Notes under the pieces: model-generated
Databases searched by the model: none
Seen by the model: the letters and a program-made list of their open reading frames with translations, nothing else
Told to the model about the DNA's origin: nothing
Part shown: positions 18,493-27,848 of the stretch, in pieces
Layout: the number at the start of each line of letters is the position of its first letter
How positions within the stretch are numbered: position 1 is the stretch's first letter
Program-made: the position numbers and the translations under genes
Assembly (NCBI GenBank): GCA_944392295.1
Contig: CALXWE010000001.1
Span: 67,239-131,238 of the forward strand
Reading direction: 5' to 3'
DNA from: an uncultured Alphaproteobacteria bacterium
GTDB lineage: Bacteria; Pseudomonadota; Alphaproteobacteria; RF32; CAG-239
DNA length: 64,000 nucleotides

Positions 18493-20082
18493 ATGCTAAA
18501 CACACTGTTTATTGATAATTTTCGGGGAATTCGCAAATTTAATCCGGTGGCAGATTTGATATCAAGCGGAGTGGTTTCGGCTGTTAACTGTCAAAATGTG
18601 GAGCTTACCAATACCGAACACAGTAAAAATTTAGCCATTTTTACGACCAAAGGCAACAAAGCGGTTAAAGATATCGGGCAAAAAGTTGTTGGACAGTTTG
18701 AAAGTATTCAAAACGGGACATCTTATTGGTTTATATATGCCACGGACGATACAAGAGGATATCTTTATGCTTTAGGAGCAGATAATGAGCTGACGCTTTT
18801 AGATGTAAGTTTATCGGTAAGTGATGATTGTAACGGTATTACCATTGCCCAAGGTTATAATGACTGGTTTGTGTTTACCAACGGTGTGGATGATTATTTG
18901 GGAGTTTGTATGTCGCAAGCATCCCCCGAAGACCGTATTAAATTTTTGAATGCAACCGATGCCGAAGGGCGTGATATCAGAGGCTTAGGGCTTGAAGTTC
19001 AGGACGGAAGATTGGTAACCTTTTGCCAAAATCGGGTTCATTGGTCGGGACAATCCAACATTTTTGACTGGATATCAAGCGATGAAGAGTTGCTTACGGC
19101 TCCGGCATATCAGGAGTTTGACCGTGATGTAACAGCTATTATTCTTTATAATGATATGTTGATAGCCTTTACCGATGAGTATTCCACTTATTTTAAGGGC
19201 AATCCCGGAGATGCAAGTACCTTCACCCGAGGCGGAGCTTCTGGCGGAGGGTGTCCGTCGTTTCGTTCGGTAATCAAGTTTGATAACAAGCTTTTTTATT
19301 ACGATAACAAAGCCAAAAATGTTTTTGCTTATTACTTAATGGACAGCGGACAAACGCGTCCGAGTGAAGGGCTTGCCAATAATGTCATTTCCTATTTTGA
19401 AGAAATTGATGAAAGTAAATTAAATAAAATAGAAATGGTAAGTTATATCCACGGTAATAAAAGCGAGATATGGCTTAAATTTCCCTCAACAGAGAGGAAT
19501 GTAGTTTTAATTTACGATTATTTGAACGGCGAATGGTGTGAACGTGTTGCTCAAGCCGATATTCACGGATTAAGCCTGATAAAGGGCGGATTATATTCAC
19601 TGTCCGGAACTAAGGTCTTAAAAGAATATATCGGTTCTACATTTGATGGGGAATATATACCTTCGGAATATAAGACCAACATCATCAACTTGCAAAGCGA
19701 CAGTAATATCAAAGTGCCGAAAATGCCTTTGATTTTAACCTTGGATTTTGACTGTGAAAACGACTTTTATATAGAGTTTATCTACGATGATATGCCTAAA
19801 AAAAGCCGCACATTTCATATTGTTAAAATGATGAAAGGTTACTTGATTTGGGCAAACTCGGCAGCAGATGAAAAAGGCGGTCTTTGGAGTTTAGATGCAT
19901 CAGATGAAAACGGCGGCATGTGGGTAAGTTCGGATAAAAACACCGTAATGTTTAACTTGGCGGGAGTTTTACCGTTTAAGCAGTTGCAGATACGAATTTT
20001 TACCAAAGACAGTCCGCAAGAGTTTGCCGTTAAACGGCTGGAGTTCAAACGCGTCGGCTTAAAAACCAAAAGTCTGGGTTAA
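18493..20082 (+). CDS. phage tail protein (large)
   Basis: 529 aa, RBS ggaggagg, position in tail module. Confidence 0.4.
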   Translation: MLNTLFIDNFRGIRKFNPVADLISSGVVSAVNCQNVELTNTEHSKNLAIFTTKGNKAVKDIGQKVVGQFESIQNGTSYWFIYATDDTRGYLYALGADNELTLLDVSLSVSDDCNGITIAQGYNDWFVFTNGVDDYLGVCMSQASPEDRIKFLNATDAEGRDIRGLGLEVQDGRLVTFCQNRVHWSGQSNIFDWISSDEELLTAPAYQEFDRDVTAIILYNDMLIAFTDEYSTYFKGNPGDASTFTRGGASGGGCPSFRSVIKFDNKLFYYDNKAKNVFAYYLMDSGQTRPSEGLANNVISYFEEIDESKLNKIEMVSYIHGNKSEIWLKFPSTERNVVLIYDYLNGEWCERVAQADIHGLSLIKGGLYSLSGTKVLKEYIGSTFDGEYIPSEYKTNIINLQSDSNIKVPKMPLILTLDFDCENDFYIEFIYDDMPKKSRTFHIVKMMKGYLIWANSAADEKGGLWSLDASDENGGMWVSSDKNTVMFNLAGVLPFKQLQIRIFTKDSPQEFAVKRLEFKRVGLKTKSLG

Positions 20083-20105
20083 TTTTAAAAAAGGAGGAGG
20101 CAATA

Positions 20106-20318
20106 ATGAAAAAAAAGGCAACCGGCAAAGTCAGTTATCAGCCTTCGGAAAGTTTTGAGCAGTTAAACAAGCTGCAAGAAATGGCAATTTCGCAAGAAAA
20201 TGTAAGTTTGGCATTAAAAGCGGAAGAGCTCAAAGGCAAGCTTGCCGGATTGTATAGCGATAAAAAAGAGGCGGAAGAAGTTGATACGACGCCTCTTGAG
20301 ATAAAAATCATCAAATAG
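20106..20318 (+). CDS. small phage protein
   Basis: RBS aggaggagg. Confidence 0.35.
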   Translation: MKKKATGKVSYQPSESFEQLNKLQEMAISQENVSLALKAEELKGKLAGLYSDKKEAEEVDTTPLEIKIIK

Positions 20319-20330
20319 GAGGTTGGTAAA

Positions 20331-20741
20331 ATGGTAGTTTTAATAGAAAAAGACAGTCCTTTTTTTGAAAGGCAGAAAGCCAAAGAGCTATTTGAAGCCA
20401 ATCGGGAAAATTTGGATGATGAAAACGGCTTTGAGGGCATATTAGCCAACAGCCGTTTTTTTAATGTCTATCAACACGGTTATATCGGCTCCGGTTTTGT
20501 ATATCAGGGAGCCGAGGATAATCGCAATTATTTGGGAGGATATATGCTGCGAAAACATCATAAAGAAGCGGTGGAGGCTATTAAGCAAATCTGTTCGTTT
20601 TTTGATGAGGTTTACGCTCATACCCGCCATGTAAATGCGGTTATAGCCTTAAAGCGAGCAGGCTTTAAGTGGTATGATCGCAACAAAAAATTGTTAGTTA
20701 AGAAAAACAAAATCAAGAAAGGAGAAAATAATGTCAAGTAA
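20331..20741 (+). CDS. hypothetical phage protein
   Basis: RBS aggaggttgg. Confidence 0.35.
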   Translation: MVVLIEKDSPFFERQKAKELFEANRENLDDENGFEGILANSRFFNVYQHGYIGSGFVYQGAEDNRNYLGGYMLRKHHKEAVEAIKQICSFFDEVYAHTRHVNAVIALKRAGFKWYDRNKKLLVKKNKIKKGENNVK

Positions 20742-21423
20742 TGTAAAAGCCAAACCGCAAACTTTTTCAAGTGGAGGTTTATACGGTACGGCAACCACCA
20801 ATAAAAACGGAACAACTTATAATCCGAGTAATTTTGAAAAACAGCTGGTAGGAATGACTACGCAATATATTCCGCAGTATTTGCAACAGCTGGTAAATCC
20901 GACATATGACAGTGAGGTTTTTAAGGCGCAGACCACGCAAAGGAACAGACTTGCCAATCAAAGCTTTGAAAACAATTTAATAAATCCATTGTCGCAAAGA
21001 GGTCTGACCAGAGGTTCAAGCGTTAATCAAATGAGCAATCAGTTTGCCAACAAATTGGCCGATCTAGAGGTTGATGCGATGGCCAATGAAGATAGTCGCA
21101 ATGCCGGAATATTGAATAATTTATTTAGTTACTATCAGGTTCCGTATGAGATGATGATGGGTATGTCTGATTTCAGTAACAAGCAATATCAAAGTGCCGT
21201 TCAAAATGCCATGATGCAAAATAAAATAAATAACGATGCACTGGGAGGCTGGGCGCAGTCATTAGGAAATATGTCAGTATCTGGAACAGGTAAAAACAAT
21301 AACTCATCCGGCATGGGCTGGGGAGGCTTGGTAGGTACGGGTCTTGGTTATGCGCTGGGAGGTCCGGCAGGAGCATCGGTTGGTTCCGTATTTGGCAATC
21401 AATTGGGCAATTTATGGAAATAA
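20731..21423 (+). CDS. putative internal virion protein, Gly-rich C-terminus
   Basis: Q/N-rich with GxGxG C-terminal tail. Confidence 0.3.
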   Translation: MSSNVKAKPQTFSSGGLYGTATTNKNGTTYNPSNFEKQLVGMTTQYIPQYLQQLVNPTYDSEVFKAQTTQRNRLANQSFENNLINPLSQRGLTRGSSVNQMSNQFANKLADLEVDAMANEDSRNAGILNNLFSYYQVPYEMMMGMSDFSNKQYQSAVQNAMMQNKINNDALGGWAQSLGNMSVSGTGKNNNSSGMGWGGLVGTGLGYALGGPAGASVGSVFGNQLGNLWK

Positions 21424-21489
21424 CAGTAAAATTAATGACAAAACTCCGCTTATTTAAAGCGGAGTTTTAATTTTTTAAAGGAGATAAAA

Positions 21490-22602
21490 ATGGCAGATAC
21501 TAATTTAGTGTATCCGTACGAGTTTCAAGGAGGAACAAAGGCCGTAGCATCGGAAGTAAATGCCAACTTTGAAGCGGTAAAAAGCTTTGCCGGCGGCATT
21601 AATGCCAGCCTTGACGAATTACGTACGGCAATTGCGGATTTAAAAAATAAACCGACGCGTGAGATGTTTGACATTTATTACAGTTTTTCAAGTAACACTC
21701 CGGCCGGAGCATATCCGTTATGGACTGGGGAGACCATAACTCACTGTAAAAGTTTATATCCGGATTTTTGGAACAAATTAAACAATCTGGTAAGTTTGGG
21801 TAATGTTGTGAGTGTAACTCAAGAAGAATACGAAGAAAAGTTGGAAGAGTACGGTCAATGTGCCGGTTTTTACATTGATAGTTTAAACGGTCATGTCAGA
21901 TTGCCGAAAATCACGCGTTTTATTTCAGGAATTGATGAGTTGAGTCAATTAGCAGCTGAGGAAAACGCAGTAAATACGGCTCATACACATAATTTAAAGG
22001 CCTATACCGGATCTGGTAACCGCAATGCGGCAGAGGAAAGATATTTAGGCTCGGGAACCGATAACTCAAAATCGGATATGTTCTGGAGCGATACGACAGA
22101 TATTGAAAATACGGCAGCAGTGGTAAGCCAAGGTGAAGAAGAGGGGCACCCAAAAAATGTGCGTTTATGCTTGTATATTCAAGTTGCCAATAACTTAGGG
22201 GAGCTATCGGAGCTTGATACAGCTGCTATTGCCAAGGAACTAGAAAGCGGATTGATTGCTTTAGAAAATGCCTACACCACATACAGCACGGAATTAAACA
22301 AACTGTATGCCAAGGTTAAACAGGATATTTTAAGCTCTTCTCCGGTGGTTAAGGATGTGCGTTTGGAAGTAACACCCGAGATGTTTAAGAGCGACGATAC
22401 GTATGAGGAGTATCCGTACAGTGCCGATATTGAGTTTGAAGATGCATCGTCCGAACTTATTCCGACGGTAAATTTCAATTTAGCGGAAAGTCAGAGCGGC
22501 AATTACGCACCTGTGGCGGAAAGTTTGGACGGATATGTCAGGATATACGCTAAGCAAATACCGGAACAAAGCTTTGAGATAGCCTCAATCATACTGCAAT
22601 AG
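21490..22602 (+). CDS. putative tail fibre / receptor-binding protein
   Basis: Last structural gene before lysis cassette; terminator hairpin immediately downstream. Confidence 0.4.
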   Translation: MADTNLVYPYEFQGGTKAVASEVNANFEAVKSFAGGINASLDELRTAIADLKNKPTREMFDIYYSFSSNTPAGAYPLWTGETITHCKSLYPDFWNKLNNLVSLGNVVSVTQEEYEEKLEEYGQCAGFYIDSLNGHVRLPKITRFISGIDELSQLAAEENAVNTAHTHNLKAYTGSGNRNAAEERYLGSGTDNSKSDMFWSDTTDIENTAAVVSQGEEEGHPKNVRLCLYIQVANNLGELSELDTAAIAKELESGLIALENAYTTYSTELNKLYAKVKQDILSSSPVVKDVRLEVTPEMFKSDDTYEEYPYSADIEFEDASSELIPTVNFNLAESQSGNYAPVAESLDGYVRIYAKQIPEQSFEIASIILQ

Positions 22603-22603
22603 G

Positions 22604-22640
22604 GATTATGCCGCATTACCTAATGCGGCATAAGTTTTTT
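22604..22640 (+). terminator. intrinsic terminator between tail fibre gene and lysis cassette
   Basis: ttatgccgcattacctaatgcggcataagtttttt. Confidence 0.6.
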
Positions 22641-22655
22641 AAAAAGGAGGTAAAA

Positions 22656-22913
22656 ATGGATTTTTTAAATTTACTGGGAGCGATGTCGGGGTGCGCCTCA
22701 ATAGTGTCGTTTTTAGCGTTGGTAATAAGACTTGGAGAGTGGAAAGCCCGCCATGAGGAACGCTTGGCAAGTCAGGGCAAACGCATTGACGGGATAGAAA
22801 TCAAGCAAGATTCGTTATCGCTATTATTAAACAAAAACAACGAGATACTAGCTGAAATTAAAGTAAAAGTTGATTTGATGCACAAAGAAAAAAATAAAAG
22901 GAGTAAGCAATGA
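22656..22913 (+). CDS. holin-like single-TM protein
   Basis: aggagg RBS; one TM (LGAMSGCASIVSFLALVI) then charged coiled-coil tail; stop overlaps lysozyme ATG. Confidence 0.55.
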   Translation: MDFLNLLGAMSGCASIVSFLALVIRLGEWKARHEERLASQGKRIDGIEIKQDSLSLLLNKNNEILAEIKVKVDLMHKEKNKRSKQ

Positions 22914-23380
22914 TAGATGAAGAAGAAATCATAAGAAGATTGATATTACATGAAGGTATGAGATTAGAACCATATAAATGTTCTAAAGGTTATTTAACCA
23001 TAGGCGTGGGCAGAAATTTAATAACCAATCCTTTGAGTAAAGAGGAAAAAGAATATATCGGTGACTGGAGTAAGGGTATTACCAGAGAGGAGGCATTGTA
23101 CTTATTAAGGCACGATATCAAAAGATTAATCAAAGAGTGTAAAGAAAAAATAAGCTGCTGGCGTTATTTAGATGCGGAAAGAAAATATGCTCTTTTAGAT
23201 ATGGCATTTAATTTAGGAATAAGCGGGGTTTTAAAGTTTAAGAATATGCTGGAGGCGTTATCAATCGGTGATTATCGCGGAGCAGCCAAAGAATGCTTAA
23301 ATTCAAAATATGCTAAAGATGTTGGGATAAGAGCGGTAAGAATAGCTAATATTTTTAAGACTGGGAGGTTTGAAATATGA
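22910..23380 (+). CDS. phage lysozyme (GH24, T4-lysozyme-like endolysin)
   Basis: LHEGMRLEPYKCSKGYLTIGVGRNL matches GH24 catalytic motif. Confidence 0.9.
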   Translation: MIDEEEIIRRLILHEGMRLEPYKCSKGYLTIGVGRNLITNPLSKEEKEYIGDWSKGITREEALYLLRHDIKRLIKECKEKISCWRYLDAERKYALLDMAFNLGISGVLKFKNMLEALSIGDYRGAAKECLNSKYAKDVGIRAVRIANIFKTGRFEI

Positions 23381-23535
23381 TAAAGAAAAAAGAACACAGC
23401 TGTAAATATCAGTTGCGAAGGGAAATAGTTCATAAATTAACTCGAACGCAGTTATTTTGGTTGTGTGTGTTGTTTTTAACGGTGGTAGGTATCATCGGAA
23501 TATGTGCTCCTACGGCTTTAGTTGGTATTTTCTAA
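23377..23535 (+). CDS. small C-terminally anchored membrane protein, translationally coupled to lysozyme (lysis accessory candidate)
   Basis: ATGA overlap with lysozyme stop, GGGAGG RBS, 52 aa with C-terminal TM. Confidence 0.4.
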   Translation: MIKKKEHSCKYQLRREIVHKLTRTQLFWLCVLFLTVVGIIGICAPTALVGIF

Positions 23536-23618
23536 GTAGTAAAATTTAAAAATAAGATTTACAAATCCTAAAATAGATGATTTAATAGGCTCTATATCAG
23601 GAAGGTTCTCAACGGAGA

Positions 23619-24071
23619 TTGATTATGAAAACATTTTTACATCAGGCTTGTGTGCTTGGCGGTTTTTATTTTATAATTTCAAAAATTTTAGGCCGTATAC
23701 CTTGCGTAATAACATCATGGGTCGAGTGGATTATGGTATTTATGCTTATAGTTGCTCTTATGGTGTTGGTATACCAAAAATCATTTCCTGTTATTAAAGG
23801 TTTTGTTCAAAAGTATCCTAAAATAAGCAATTATGTTACAGCACTTGGTGTGGTAGCATATTTTAGCTTTTTCTTTGGATTTATTCCCGGAGCCATAGAT
23901 GGTTATTTTGCCGCCCGCGCCGAAATTAACAAAACTTTATATGTTTCGCAGTTCGTTACTTATCTTCCCATATTTACCACTCTGTATTGGGTAGTCTTTT
24001 GGGCATCAATAATAATGGCAACATATTTAAGTTTTGTTCGTAATTTAATTTATAAATCGGGTAACAAATAA
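23619..24071 (+). CDS. membrane protein, paralog 1
   Basis: Shares KKYPKIS..Y....GVV.YFS..FG.IPGAIDGY with 24125-24658. Confidence 0.45.
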   Translation: MIMKTFLHQACVLGGFYFIISKILGRIPCVITSWVEWIMVFMLIVALMVLVYQKSFPVIKGFVQKYPKISNYVTALGVVAYFSFFFGFIPGAIDGYFAARAEINKTLYVSQFVTYLPIFTTLYWVVFWASIIMATYLSFVRNLIYKSGNK

Positions 24072-24124
24072 TTAAGGATTATGTGTAAGTATCAAAAACA
24101 GCTGTAATCAACTAAGGAGGAAAC

Positions 24125-24658
24125 ATGAAACAGTTTATTAAAGAAGCTCTTTTATTGGGAGGATTTTACTTTTTCCTTTCATATTTTGTATGTTATTTTA
24201 CCGGCAACGATGCCTGGATTTGGGGCTTGGCAATTATTACCATTTTGCTCATTGCCGTTATTGTTTTGGCGTTTAAGAAATCGTTTGCTCCGTTAGCAAA
24301 GTTTTGGAAAAAATATCCTAAAATTTCTACATACCTTGCCGGTTTCGGTGTTGTAAAATATTTCAGTATCATCTTCGGAGGTATTCCGGGAGCCATTGAT
24401 GGTTATTTGATGGTAACGGCAACCGATATAGCTTGGTATCAAGAATATTTTGAAGCATATATGCCTACCTTTATTTTTGTTTATTGGTTGGTATTTTGGT
24501 GCTGCTTGTTCGGAGCTACCTATTTGGCGTTTTTCTCAGATATTAAGTTGGTAAAAATTATTGAAGTTCCGGCTAAAGTAGAGAGCAAAGACGTAGCTCA
24601 AAACAAGGCAAGAGCTCCGCGCAAGAATGCTCGTAAAAAACCAGCCAAAAAGAAATAA
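24125..24658 (+). CDS. membrane protein, paralog 2, basic C-terminal tail
   Basis: Paralog of 23619-24071; bidirectional terminator aaaaaatcccgctcaaatgcgggatttttt downstream. Confidence 0.45.
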   Translation: MKQFIKEALLLGGFYFFLSYFVCYFTGNDAWIWGLAIITILLIAVIVLAFKKSFAPLAKFWKKYPKISTYLAGFGVVKYFSIIFGGIPGAIDGYLMVTATDIAWYQEYFEAYMPTFIFVYWLVFWCCLFGATYLAFFSDIKLVKIIEVPAKVESKDVAQNKARAPRKNARKKPAKKK

Positions 24659-24720
24659 TTATTAGAAGTTAAAAAAAATCCCGCTCAAATGCGGGATTTT
24701 TTGTGCGTGATTAAAATAAA

Positions 24721-26022
24721 TTACTGCACGCCGAGAGCGTGAATTTCAAAGCCCAAAGAACGAGCTTCGTCACGGTTGATGATATTTCTTAAATCAACGA
24801 TTTTAGGAGTTTTCATCAGCTGTTTTACTTTTGCCAAATCCAACGATTTAAAATCTTCCCATTCGGTTAAAATGGCTAAGACATCTGCATTTGGTAAGGC
24901 TGCATACATATCCGAGGCATAAGATACTTTATCGCCCAGAATTTTTTGAGCATTGCCCATAGCCTCAGGGTCATAAAGAGTAATAGAAGCGCCTTTTTCC
25001 AACAAAACTTGAATAATCTGCATAGCAGGAGATTCACGGCAATCGTCAGTACCGCCTTTAAATGCGGCGCCTAAAACGGCAATATGCGGATTGCGGATAT
25101 TATCAACAGTTTCAAGTATGCGTTTTGCCATGTTGATTTTGCGCTTATCGTTGCCTTGAATAGTGGCTTCAATCAGAGATAAATCAACACCTTTAACACG
25201 TCCCATATAGGCCATGGCGTTAGTATCTTTCGGAAAACAAAATCCGCCGTATCCGGGGCCTGGGTTTAAGAACTTGTTACCGATACGCGAATCAAGCCCC
25301 ATACCTTGAGCAACTTCATAAACATCGGCGCCGGCCTTTTCGCAAAAATCGGCCATTTCGTTAATGTATTGAATTTTCATAGCCAAAAAGGCATTGGAAG
25401 CATATTTAATTGTTTCCGAAGAGCGGCGATGAACATATAAAATTTTAGTTTTACCGGCAAATGGTTCATAGAGCTTGGCAATGACATTTTTAGCCCGTTC
25501 GGTGTTAGCGCCGACGATAATTCTATCGGGGTTAAAAAAGTCGTGTACGGCAAAGCCTTCGCGTAAAAATTCCGGCAAAGAAACAACATCAAATTCGCCT
25601 TTAGGTTTTTGAGAAGCAACAATTTTTTCAACTTCATCGCCGGTATTAACCGGAACGGTAGATTTCACGGCAATAACGGTATATCCACTGATATATTGAG
25701 CCAATTCTTCGGCAGCAGCGTAGATATACTTCATATCAGCTTCTTTGGTAATGGGGTTTGGTGGTGTACCGACAGCTAAAATGACTAAATCAGCATCTTG
25801 TACGGCCTCTTGCATGGAAGTGGTAAATTTAACTTTACCGTTAGCGGTATTTTTATTAAAAAGCTCCTCCAAGCCATATTCAAAAATAGTTAACTTACCG
25901 GCTTTTAAGGAGTTAATTTTATTTTCATCTTTATCAATACAGATTACGTCATTACCAAGTTCAGCCAAGCCGACGCCTGTAGGTAAACCGACGTAACCGG
26001 TTCCGACAACAGCAATTTTCAT
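24721..26022 (-). CDS. ugd: UDP-glucose 6-dehydrogenase
   Basis: MKIAVVGTGYVGLPTG Rossmann N-terminus, full-length conservation. Confidence 0.9.
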   Translation of the reverse strand: MKIAVVGTGYVGLPTGVGLAELGNDVICIDKDENKINSLKAGKLTIFEYGLEELFNKNTANGKVKFTTSMQEAVQDADLVILAVGTPPNPITKEADMKYIYAAAEELAQYISGYTVIAVKSTVPVNTGDEVEKIVASQKPKGEFDVVSLPEFLREGFAVHDFFNPDRIIVGANTERAKNVIAKLYEPFAGKTKILYVHRRSSETIKYASNAFLAMKIQYINEMADFCEKAGADVYEVAQGMGLDSRIGNKFLNPGPGYGGFCFPKDTNAMAYMGRVKGVDLSLIEATIQGNDKRKINMAKRILETVDNIRNPHIAVLGAAFKGGTDDCRESPAMQIIQVLLEKGASITLYDPEAMGNAQKILGDKVSYASDMYAALPNADVLAILTEWEDFKSLDLAKVKQLMKTPKIVDLRNIINRDEARSLGFEIHALGVQ

Positions 26023-26099
26023 TATAGACCTCATAAATATTTATACTAGCCTGAGTTTACTCATATTGTGGTTAAAAGCAAGCTATTAAGCCAAGTTAT

Positions 26100-26987
26100 C
26101 TACTTATGTTTAAATTGGGGATAGATGATAAGTAAAATTCCCAAAGAAATTACGGCAATGCCGATAATTTTGATAAAATCAGGAGCTTGGTTAAGAAATA
26201 TGTAAGAAAAAAACATGGTAAAAATGGGCATAGTGTAGTAAAGAGAGCCGGCAGCAAGAGTTCCTATTTTTGGTACGGCATTATCCCAGCATAAGTACGC
26301 CAAAAAAGAGTTAGCAAAGCCCAATATAAAGAGGATTATCCACACTTCATAGCCCAGGGTTAAAGTTTTAGCTAAAGAAAATTGATAAATAAATCCCGGA
26401 GTAAAAAAGAGTGTGCTCAATCCAATGGCAGATAACAATAAAGACGAAGAGTGTACAGCCTCAGGCAGTTTTCTCTGCGAGAGAGAATAAGAGGCAAACA
26501 GCAATGCCGAGCCCAGCATAAAGACATCACCCGGGACAAAGTTGAAATTGGTTAAATTGGCAAAGTTGCCGTCTAAGATGATAAGTAATACTCCGAATAC
26601 GGTAATGGAGATACCCAGTATTTGTACCAAAGAAATGGCCTGAGCGGAGATGATGATAAGAAATATGGGACCTAATATGCTGATAAGCGACATATCGGTA
26701 GGAGAGGCGGTATAACCGGCATGATAGATAAAATAATTTATGCCGCTGATGCCGCTTAAAGCCATAATCAAAATTAAGAGCCAATGCTTTTTAAGAGCAG
26801 TCCAGTCGGTTTTGAGGTTTTTAAAGAAAAAAGGCAGCATAATAATTAGGGCAATAAACCAGCGATAAAAAGATATTTGCACCGGGGTAAGAGCTCCTGC
26901 CAAGTGAGCAGAGTAGATAAGATTAAGGCTCCACATCATAATTGTAAAAAAAGCAAGTAAATAACCTTTGAGCATAATAGGAAGCAT
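26100..26987 (-). CDS. DMT-superfamily (EamA-like) permease
   Basis: ~10 TM, two EamA-like halves. Confidence 0.7.
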   Translation of the reverse strand: MLPIMLKGYLLAFFTIMMWSLNLIYSAHLAGALTPVQISFYRWFIALIIMLPFFFKNLKTDWTALKKHWLLILIMALSGISGINYFIYHAGYTASPTDMSLISILGPIFLIIISAQAISLVQILGISITVFGVLLIILDGNFANLTNFNFVPGDVFMLGSALLFASYSLSQRKLPEAVHSSSLLLSAIGLSTLFFTPGFIYQFSLAKTLTLGYEVWIILFILGFANSFLAYLCWDNAVPKIGTLAAGSLYYTMPIFTMFFSYIFLNQAPDFIKIIGIAVISLGILLIIYPQFKHK

Positions 26988-27093
26988 CCTTTTTAAAAAA
27001 TGTTATAAAAACGATATAATCATAAAAAAATTAAATTTAAATGTGAACTTTATTTTAAAACTTTTCGTTATAGAATAATGAAAGGAGAAAACA

Positions 27094-27345
27094 ATGGAAG
27101 ACATATCTGCTCTTATTAAAGAGGCTAAGCCGCTATATTTTGCACGCAAAAGACGTCGTCGTATAGGAACGGGCTTGCTTGCGATGTTAGTGGTTTTGGT
27201 AGGTTTAAGGCTGCCGAAATACAACGCTGAGCCCGAGGTTCTATATGATTTATGGACAACTCAGATATATGTAACCGAGAGCGGATCGGTAATTGAAGAT
27301 ATGGGGCTTCCGGTAGATGAATACGGATTATTGATGGTAGGCTGA
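27094..27345 (+). CDS. small single-TM protein, first gene of ECF-sigma operon
   Basis: Basic RKRRRR then TM; stop overlaps sigma-factor ATG. Confidence 0.4.
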   Translation: MEDISALIKEAKPLYFARKRRRRIGTGLLAMLVVLVGLRLPKYNAEPEVLYDLWTTQIYVTESGSVIEDMGLPVDEYGLLMVG

Positions 27346-27848
27346 TGAAAGAAATAATAAGAGATAATAAGAAGTACGTCAAATCCGTAATTAAGAAGCT
27401 GACCGGGTCGGAGAACGATGATATCGAGCAAGAGGTATACATCAAAGCCTGGCAGAATATGCCCAAATATGAAGAAATGGGCAAGTTCAAGCAGTGGATT
27501 TGCACATTAACGGCTAATGTCTGTCGGGATTATTTTCGTTCCAAAAGCTTTAAGAAAACAAGTAAAGAGGTTGCCGATGATAATTTAGAAGAAATATATC
27601 AAGAGGCATCAACCCCGGAAGATAAAATAAGCAGTCGGCAGCGCCAAAAGATTATATTAAAGGCGGTCGACGATTTACCAAAAATCTATAGGGAGGTTAT
27701 AATATTATTTGAGTTTGAAGAATACCCAATGGAAAAGATAGCCAAGAAGTTAAAAATACCTGAAGGTACGGTAAAATCGAGGTTATCCAATGCGCGTAAG
27801 ATACTAAGTAAAAATTTAAGTTTTTTGAAAGGATACAAATATGAATAA
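27345..27848 (+). CDS. ECF-type RNA polymerase sigma factor (sigma-70 family)
   Basis: Region 2 (YIKAWQNMPKY) and region 4 HTH (EKIAKKLKIPEGTVKSRLSNARKIL). Confidence 0.85.
   Translation: MKEIIRDNKKYVKSVIKKLTGSENDDIEQEVYIKAWQNMPKYEEMGKFKQWICTLTANVCRDYFRSKSFKKTSKEVADDNLEEIYQEASTPEDKISSRQRQKIILKAVDDLPKIYREVIILFEFEEYPMEKIAKKLKIPEGTVKSRLSNARKILSKNLSFLKGYKYE

Noticed and set aside
22608-22655. Longer holin start (MPHYLMRHKFF...) from the ORF track
   Set aside because: The region forms the terminator hairpin atgccgcatta/taatgcggcat. The ATG at 22656 has an aggagg RBS.
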